In this document: positions 54,657-64,000 of the stretch, in pieces
Numbering within the stretch: position 1 is the first letter of the stretch
Layout of the letters: each line of letters starts with the position of its first letter
Source: Octopus vulgaris
Lineage: Eukaryota
NCBI GenBank assembly: GCA_951406725.2
Contig: OX597818.1
Location: 99,820,001-99,884,000 of the forward strand
Length of the DNA stretch: 64,000 bases
Reading direction: 5' to 3'
Made by a program: the position numbers and the translations under genes
Notes under the pieces: generated by a model
What the model saw: the letters and a program-made list of their open reading frames with translations, nothing else
The model's database searches: none
What the model was told of the DNA's origin: nothing

Positions 54657-54942
54657 ATGTGATCACGTGACCGACCAGACCATCAGATGTTGTTACACAT
54701 CGCTGGTCACAATGCTTTCGTATTGTTTTAGCCTTTGAATGACACCATCCCGCTGGCTAAGCGACCAGGCCAACAGAAGGAAGAGTGGGAGAAAGAGTGG
54801 TGAAAGAGTACAGCAGGGATCACCCCCCCCTGCCGGAGCCTCGTGGAGCTTTTAGGTGTTTTCGCTCAATAAACACTCACAACGCCCGGTCTGGGAATCG
54901 AAACCGCGATCCTACGACCGCGAGTTTGCTGCCCTAACCACT
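54657..54942 (-). mobile_element. tRNA-derived SINE (third family; tRNA-Arg-like head, CORE-like body)
   Basis: Minus strand agtggttagggcagcaaactcgcggtcgtaggatcgcggtttcgattcccagaccgggcg (A/B boxes), then gtgtttattgagcgaaaacacct. Confidence 0.8.
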
Positions 54943-57229
54943 ATTTATATGAGCATGTCCAAATATGTAACTATATGCATGAGAATACATACACAAAACA
55001 TATGTACATACATATATCCGAAGAAGAATACTCTGTTGTTGATGTTGAAATTCCAATAAAGGAAACTTGGATCTAGGTTAGAAACCTGTTCTTTCTCTGC
55101 TGGCAAGAAATCGTTAAATAAACTGAATGATGACAAACATACATCCCTACGTACATACATACTTTAGTACGTACGTTCGTGTGTGTGTGTGTATATATTA
55201 ACAACCAACAGCGTATTCTTCCCCAAAAAAAACAACAACAAAAAAAGAGTATCTACGGAGAAATATATCTAACGAACAGAAAACAAACGCTCATCACTTT
55301 AGAATATGCCCGCGTTGTCGTTGTTACTTACTTTTCATGGAGTAGTTCTATCATTAACAGGAATCTCAATAACACCAATTTTTCAGATATATACTTGGTC
55401 TACATGAGATTTTATGTATGCATTACTTCTACTACTAATAGTTAAAGTTATCGCGTACGTGTCTCACACTACATTGTTATAATTTCTGTAGATATTAATG
55501 CCTACTTTTATTTTATGAGGCATCTCATACGTCATACACGAAGTCTGGTCAGTTATTTCCTGAGCCAAGACATATTGGTTCCTATTTGTTGCAAGCATTA
55601 ATACAATTGTCGTTAATAAAATATTTGTCTTTGTTCTAAAAATTGTTATAATTATTCATGTGAATATTTAGTTTTCTCTTGCATTTACTGTTAGAATTAT
55701 TGCCATAATCGAATGCATCTATACAAACATTCTCAACACAAGCTATCCAACCATCTTACATTCTAGCATAGTGTTTCTAAAATTACACTGGTCTTTGTAT
55801 CATCTCCTTAATTTTTGAAGACAATTGAGAGTGATTTGAAGAATTCTTATCTATAATTTCTAGCAGGCACACACATCGGCTCCTGCTTGTTGGTGGCATA
55901 AATACAGGTGTCTCTAATAATATTTTACTCTTTGTTCTTAAGAGCTTCAACATTGTTCGTGTTAGTGTTGTATTTTGTGATACATTGAAATTATTGCTGT
56001 TATTCGGGCAATTGTCTTCTATGCACAAAAGATTCACAATATCCTTTTCTCTAGTCAGAAGAAAGAAATTAGCTACCATTGTTAGGGATTCATAACCTAC
56101 CGTCAGCACTTTAACCATGTTGAATTCAATATTAGCCGCGAATTCACAGAACAAAGTACACTAAAAATCGACATCATTTTTTCCACCTAAATTTAGAAAT
56201 ATAGAACAATTAATGTTGCCTCCTCTTCCTTGATACACAGTATGATACAATCAATACAGCAAACACTAAATTAGAAAGAACAAATATCGCAAATCAAAAT
56301 GTAGGTGTACAACTAATATTTTCATTATAAAAAAAATCAATCCACCCCCACAAGAATCTGCTAAATTATTGATTATTGGCAAAAAGTCAGATATTTTTTG
56401 GAGAAATTAAATTCGATTACGCCAACCTTCGAATATTACAGCTATTTAATATACCAATAAAAATATACGAGCCACAGAAGGAGGCCTTTACGTAATGGCG
56501 TAACCTACTACACTTACCAGCCAAATCTCCGTCAAATCAGACTCTGCATTTCTACAGAGAATTGTACTGTCTAGGGCACACTAAAAGTATTTTTCAACTG
56601 AAATTGTGAAATTTTCTTACAGAGCAATGCCAATCCTATCTTGCTCTTATTGAAGAACTTCATCCTACAAAAAGAACTAACAAACCAACTGAGAGACATT
56701 ATTTCTGATTCAATTATGTTAATTTATATAAAATAAAGTTGTAATTTCCGACAGATATTATGTTAGTGTCATAATCTCACAGGTCATTGCATTTCTTAAA
56801 GGATAAGTAGCTGGTTTTATTTGCCTTTACAACAAAGTATATGATCAACGATTTCACTCCCTTATTTACACCGGCTGTTGATTCGTAACATAACTCAGTA
56901 AATTTAGTCAGGGTATATGAATCTTTAATCTTCACATTTTGTGACATTGCACCATCACAATTATTATCAGGTTTATGTGTTAATTAGATTGACTATTTCT
57001 AATATATTTGCGACAACTGTTTACAGGACAGCACTTAAATGGATTGAGAAAATAACCTACGTTGTTCAAAAAATATATACAAAATAATAATCCTAGAGAC
57101 AAAATGAGATTTAGCATTTAAAGGACATTCCAATGTTTAATGCACATATACACCCCACTCCCTGAACACAGAAATATATGGTGCGTGTGTCTATACACAT
57201 ATATGCATATATATATGTATACACGCACG

Positions 57230-57480
<251 letters not shown>

Positions 57481-57952
57481 ATAAATGTGTGTGTATTAGC
57501 TTAGTCACATGAATGAACTTTGCTCGAGGATAACATTATGATGTATTGTAAAGTAAGATATTCAGAGAATCCAACAATTTGCGCCTATGCTTAGCAGATG
57601 TCGTAAGTAGCAGATGTCTGTAACAGATTGCTTTCAAATTGGTGTTTAATTTAGTGGTACATTGGAAACATTGTGCCCCAGAAATTAATTACAATGAATA
57701 TATTAGAGAACGCTTGTATGTATGTATTTGTGTTCGCGTCGTGTGTGTATGATCACCGATATACCGGGAATATTAATGCAAGTGATATTAGTATTATCAT
57801 AATGTAAATAATAATAATAATAATAATATATCATATATTGACACACAGACAAAATGTTGTGGAATATTAGATTGGCTTTCATTTACTTGATCCCGATCGA
57901 ATCAGAAGCCAAGAAATTGAAGTAAAGAAAGTAATTTTCTTTTCTGCCACCC

Positions 57953-58179
<227 letters not shown>

Positions 58180-58740
58180 GTAAAATATGCCCTGATGCAG
58201 TACCAGGCAGTGGCTCTCGTGGCTTCTGATCTTAACTGATTGGAAGTGTTATCATGCACATTGTTTTGTCTTGGTATAAAAGATGGGCTACAGCAAATAT
58301 TTTGTTCAATACCACAGATTTTCCTGTCAGTTGTTTGACCTTAACTAGTTGAGCATTCCCTTAGTTGCTGACGATATGTGCATCTCTAATCGCGAGTAGA
58401 AGTATCTGTAGGCATCATATCCATGTGTTGAGAGGAAGTCTTTGGATTTTAGATAATTCACCTCTGGAAACATTGGAGGTTCGTTCAACATCCTTAAACA
58501 ATCCTTATTCAGGGACCTTTTGAGCGCGATGGGTTACTCGACCAGAAGAAAATTCTAACTGGGCCCCAGCTGCAAGGTCATGTTCTGTTTATCTTGATAT
58601 GAGATCACCATGTCGCGCACATATGGTTGTGATGCATGTGCCTAGTGTACACTTATCACACGAGTAGTCGTGATGGGTATACTGGGCTTCGTATATTTTA
58701 CCCCAGTGTCACTTTGATGGCATGCACTGCTCTCTCACCC
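58180..58740. mobile_element. ~560-bp non-coding insert bounded on both sides by (AAT)n; probable microsatellite-targeting retroelement end
   Basis: Sharp junctions with (AAT)n at 58179 and 58741; complex sequence with no recognisable ORF. Confidence 0.6.
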
Positions 58741-58814
<74 letters not shown>

Positions 58815-59645
58815 CAACAACCTTTTGTTGTCATTGTTTAACACTCAAGTCCTCTGTGACTGAGCATATCTATGATCAAAAATGCTGTAAGCACAATAAC
58901 GCCCTTATTCTTTTAGAAAGTGTGTGTATTGGGAAACCTTATCAAATCTATCCCGCCAATTTCTATTGTTTGTGCGTAATTTGAGGAAATGCGTTTACTA
59001 TTTCAGATAAGCCGTGTTATCACGTAGAGACCCCGCTGTTAATTGTAGTATCGGGGTCGTTGTTGTAAAGAGAATATGAAAGTATTGTGGCTATCAAATA
59101 TGTTATTTCTTTTAACATTTTAGAATTACTTTCAAGTAAAAAGATCAAGAAATATTATAATAAATATTTCTTTTATGTTCTGCAAAGAGATATAACACCA
59201 AACACAGAATGAAGTTAATGCTACTAATGTCATTTATGCTATTAATGTTATTGAATTTGGTAAACCTCACAAATTAACGTTAATTGAAGACTACCAAATA
59301 AAATGGTAAAAATGTAGCTTAAATATAAAACAAATCAAGAAGCAAAAGATGAATTAATTGGAAAGTTCCAAAGATGTGTGTATAGAGAAATTAAATTATT
59401 TCTTCTTTAAAATATTTGATTAACGACATAAGTAAACAACTATATGTATTTTACTGTTAGTTATTTGATAATATTCAGTCTGAGATCGTTGTGAACTATA
59501 TGGCTCAATAAATAATACACTCACGTATTTTCGCACATTTTACATACATTAGCTATGTGTGTTGTATGCACTTATATAATATTCTGTTTCAATGGTATAT
59601 AATGGACAAAGTGGTATGTTTAAGTAATATCAATATGATTTCATC

Positions 59646-59803
59646 AGGCGTGGCCGTGTGGTAAGAAGTTTGCTTCCCAACCACATGGTTTCGGGTTCAC
59701 ACCTACTCCGTGGCACCTTGGGCAAGTGTCTTCTAATATAGCCTCAAGCCGACCAAAGCCTTGTGAGTGGCTTTGGTAGACAGAAACTGAAAGAAGACCC
59801 TCG

Positions 59804-59856
<53 letters not shown>

Positions 59857-60056
59857 ATTTGGGTGTCTGTGTTTGTCTACCCACCATTGTTTGACAACCG
59901 ATGTTGGTGTTTTTATGTCCTCGTAAGTTAGCCGATCGGCAAAAGAAACCAATGGAATAAGTACTAGGCTTACAAAGAATAAGTCTTGGGGCCGATTTCT
60001 TCTACTGAAAGGCGGTGCTCCAGCATGACCGCAGTCAAATGACTGAAACAAGTAAA
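59646..60056 (+). mobile_element. SINE family A, full-length
   Basis: aggcgtggccgtgtggtaagaag...cgggttcac...ccttgggcaagtgtcttcta...(TA)n(TG)n...ggcggtgctccagcatgaccgcagtcaaatgactgaaacaagtaaaa. Confidence 0.92.
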
Positions 60057-60284
60057 ATTATATCGAATAATATATATACTTTAAGATTCATCTTTTACGA
60101 ATCTAGAACCTTCAAAACAACCCCACCCCAAAAAAGCCCCAAAATATACGATATATTCACACAGAAGAGTAATTTGAAACGTTTCATCGCATGAACACAT
60201 TGTACAATGACGTCAGTATACACCCTCACACTCAGTCAGTAGCGGGCGCACGAACACACCCACACGCACGCAAACACACACACA

Positions 60285-60347
<63 letters not shown>

Positions 60348-60558
60348 GAGTGTGCAAATATGTCTTCATTAACGATGTGTCTTGAGGTGGATTCTATAAG
60401 CAAGTACCGTCTGCCAATTTTCGATCTCATTGTTTTTTAAACCAAATTGCTGTAAGCTAGTATTTAATAGTTGCAGATATTTCAAGACTCATTGTGGATA
60501 AAAAAAAACAACTTATTTCTCGACGATTCTGCGTTTGTGCTGTGCGCATGTTTATATA

Positions 60559-60952
60559 TAATAGTGGTTTTATCTCTAATTTAATATAATATATATTTAT
60601 ACTATAAAATTAGATTTAATCCTAAATCTAATTTTTCCCTGTAGGTTTGGATTTATTCCCTAATATTATTATTATTATTAATTAATATATCGATAAATTA
60701 CGTATATTGAGTGTAATATCTCAATTTCGTAAATTATGGAATTTACAGTTAAAATAGAACCGCTATTTTGGAATTCATCTTTGAAGGATATTCCAATACT
60801 TTCTAATGTATTGGCTTATGATTTTCACTGTTTGATTTGCCTAATAGTGGTTTTATCTCTAATTTAATATAATATATATTTATACTATAAAATTAGATTT
60901 AATCCTAAATCTAATTCTTCCCTGTAAGTTTGGACTTACTCCCTAATATTAT
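60559..60952. repeat. ~110-bp direct repeat, period 283 bp
   Basis: taatagtggttttatctctaattt...ccctaatattat at 60559-60669 and 60842-60952, 4 substitutions. Confidence 0.9.
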
Positions 60953-61139
60953 ATATATATATATAAATTAGAAAAAACCAACCTTTTATCTATTCAAAAT
61001 GAACAGTTAAATTTTCCCTGTAAGTTAGGAATAATATTCCCTCAAATATATATATATAGCTCCCAACACCATCAAACCACACCGCACATCACTACACCTT
61101 ACACCACCATAAAACAACACATCACAACACACCACCACG

Positions 61140-61520
61140 TGCACATCAGCAGTGACCACTTCCCAGACCGATATTTTCACACCTACACATACACGCATGA
61201 ACACGTCAAGATCACCTGCCTTCTTCTACACGCACATACTAACTCTCTTATACACACGCACGCGCACCTTCGTTTTGGGATCACCACTACTTTATTACAT
61301 TACCTTATCATCTCCCTTTCTCCCTAGCTCTCCTGTGTGACACTTCGGTCTGGCTTTCGCCATGATAGATCACTAGCCACTACACATTATTTTCACTCCT
61401 TGTTTCTTTCTGTTTTCCTTTCTGTGGAAGAGCGTAGGCTCGAAACGTTAAAGATTTTTTCACATCCCAAGCGTTAAACTAATACATCTGTTTGTTGTTT
61501 ACACCACCTACCTTTGTCTT
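61140..61520 (+). mobile_element. Penelope-type repeat (family P) with hammerhead-like motif
   Basis: cttt-CTGTGGA-a-gagc-gtag-gctc-GAAAC-gtt-aaag at about 61418-61453; aligns with 43790-44180 and 47225-47455. Confidence 0.7.
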
Positions 61521-61559
61521 TTGCATATTTGCATGTTTGGATGTATGTATGTATGTATG

Positions 61560-61620
<61 letters not shown>

Positions 61621-61760
61621 AAAATAAGCAACAAGAATGACTCCGGTAATTTGTTGCTTATTTTGATGATAATCACCCAACGTATTTATATGGATAACAC
61701 CATACAGAATTCTGGTGCATCTAAATTAATTACCATATTCATTTGAATCTAAATTTGTAT

Positions 61761-61902
61761 ACTTAGCGGTTCGGCAAAAGAAACCGATAGAATAAGTACT
61801 GGGCTTACAAAGAATAAGTCCCGGGGGCGATTTGCTCGACTAAAGGCGGTGCTCCAGCATGGCCGCAGTCAAATGACTGAAGCAAGTAAAAGAGTAAAAG
61901 AG
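61761..61902 (+). mobile_element. SINE family A, 3' tail
   Basis: acttagcggttcggcaaaagaaaccgatagaataagtact...ggcggtgctccagcatggccgcagtc...(gtaaaaga)2. Confidence 0.9.
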
Positions 61903-61971
61903 TATATTTATATATGCGCATAGATATGTGTGTATGTATGTATGTACGTACGCATATCCGCATGTATGTAC

Positions 61972-62009
<38 letters not shown>

Positions 62010-64000
62010 GTGTGTGTGTGTGTATGTGTGTGTGTGTGTGTAAATCCAGAGAGACAACAAACAATTAATTTGAAAGAAACTGAAGAAGATAGACAAATGA
62101 TTGTCTTCTTTCGTTCCTTACGGAAAGCATTCAGATAAATAATCGTTCGTCTGCTTACAGGCTGCAATCACTAATTGTTTCTTCGTTTCCATGGTCCCAT
62201 AAAATTCCAATAAACAACCTTTTTGGCAACTTTCGAACACTCTGGCATATGAGCAAGGATTATTCTTTTTACTTTGTTTTTGACATTTTGCAATGTTTGT
62301 TTTCTGATAGAGATATGTTGAAAATAGATTACAGAACCGCTTGGATGAATTCAGTTAGCAATAAGCTTTCTGACTTCAGATTTAAAATTGGGGTTAAGGT
62401 TTTTTACTAAAGATTAACGTTATATTTTAAGGCCATTTTAATATGGTTTAAGATGTGGTCGATTATGGCTGATTACAGTATTTTGTTAAAAGTATAATTT
62501 AATGTTATCGTTAAATACTGAATGTCAGCTACTGAAATTTACATGAGTAGTCAGCCATGAAGAACAAATGAGCAGTCAGCTGGTACCATAATAGCCATCC
62601 ACTACCATTCATAACAGTCCGTCAATCACACTCTGGCAGCACACAACATGAGTCTATCACCTACTACTAAATTCAAATCAAGACGAACAGTGGGGATGGC
62701 CTTGAAGTCGATAATTTTAAACTAACGTGGATAACACTATAACACTAGAATACCGCCTGAGGAAACACGATCAGATATCATTATGCAAACACGCAGTTGC
62801 ATAATCATATACTTGTATTTTTGCAGAATTACGTTGCGTGGAAACAACTGTAGTGATTAAAAACTAATTGTCCAACCGTACTCCTTCTCGTTGACACCGA
62901 TTTCTTCAATTATGTATATGTATACACATACCTATAGACATGTACATATATATATACATATATAATGTATTTATATTGTGTATATATAATTTATTATATA
63001 ATTTATATTTAGTAAATATGTATTATGTACGTAGTATATACACAAATATGTATAAATGGATGTTTATACATTATATAAACGTATATACAATCTACGAATA
63101 TACACATAAGATGCATTATACTCGTGTGTGTGTATTCACAATCTATCTATCTATCTATATATCGATCTATATATCTATCGATCTATCTATTTATACATTT
63201 GCCTATGTAATATTTTAATTTTATTTTCATACCGACTGTTTTCTTAGTTTGAAATCTATCAGAATAGAGATTTCGCTTTCATCCTTGCGAAGGCAGAATA
63301 AATAGGAACCAAGACGCCGTTGAATATATAGACCATACACACTCCTTTACGTTATATCACACTACGTCTATATTAACAGTTATCATTTCTCAGTACGAAA
63401 CCTGATTATTGTAGAATCCAAATAACATATAGAGTGATAACAATATTTAGATTGAAGCTCCACGTTTGGAGTTAAAATTGAATTGCATCTATACAGTATA
63501 TACCTATATAATAAATATTATTCCGGCACACATAAATATCACATATAAAACATGAAATTATATTTTTACAACTATAATTTTGTTAGTTTTGTTTCTCATG
63601 TTCCGTTTCGTGGGACGATTACATTCAAATATATTTTCAATGACTTTCAATGACATTCATTTCAAGGTTGAATAGTATATGAATATCTGAATTGAATATT
63701 TTCTATTATTTAAGTCATCGAGGATTTCTAAAAATATTCAAACGGATAAAATATTTCACATAAGCTTTGTTTCATTTAGAGAGAACTTTTTGACTAAAGT
63801 AGAATTTTGTGATATTTTACACAAGCCTAAAAAACCTATATAATAGACTTGTCTGTTTTGTTTTTCTTTCCAGAGGAAAAAAACCCTCATTTAAGTGGTG
63901 TATAACGTGACTTGGTTAAAATGACAACATGTTGTTTTTTTAATGTTGTAATTGTACTATTTAATTGTTATTTATTCTGTTTTAGCAATGACTATTTTAC

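Noticed and set aside
54880-54942. Possible tRNA-Arg gene
   Set aside because: A/B boxes are present but there is no complete cloverleaf or terminator, and it continues into a SINE body.

Overview
AT-rich eukaryotic, mostly intronic or intergenic DNA saturated with di-, tri- and tetranucleotide microsatellites and interspersed repeats. The repeat families and microsatellite density look like an octopus (coleoid cephalopod) genome; this is inference. Almost every ORF in the supplied track is a microsatellite artefact. Recognisable content: two abundant tRNA-derived SINE families (some as trimers flanked by target-site duplications, TSDs), CORE-like SINEs, mariner and maT/Tc1-like transposon remnants, an R4/Dong-like RLE retrotransposon relic, CR1/L2-type LINE 3' ends, and several Penelope-type repeats carrying minimal hammerhead-ribozyme-like motifs with variant cores. 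Between the repeats, the minus strand carries what looks like the 5' end of a large unidentified gene running off the left edge. It has a TATA+Inr promoter at about 36.8 kb, several short exons whose ATG-initiated frames end in phase-1 donors, and two AG|GT(A/G)AG sites followed by short cryptic exons that resemble recursive-splicing ratchet points. No complete host gene, rRNA, true tRNA or CRISPR array is supported.
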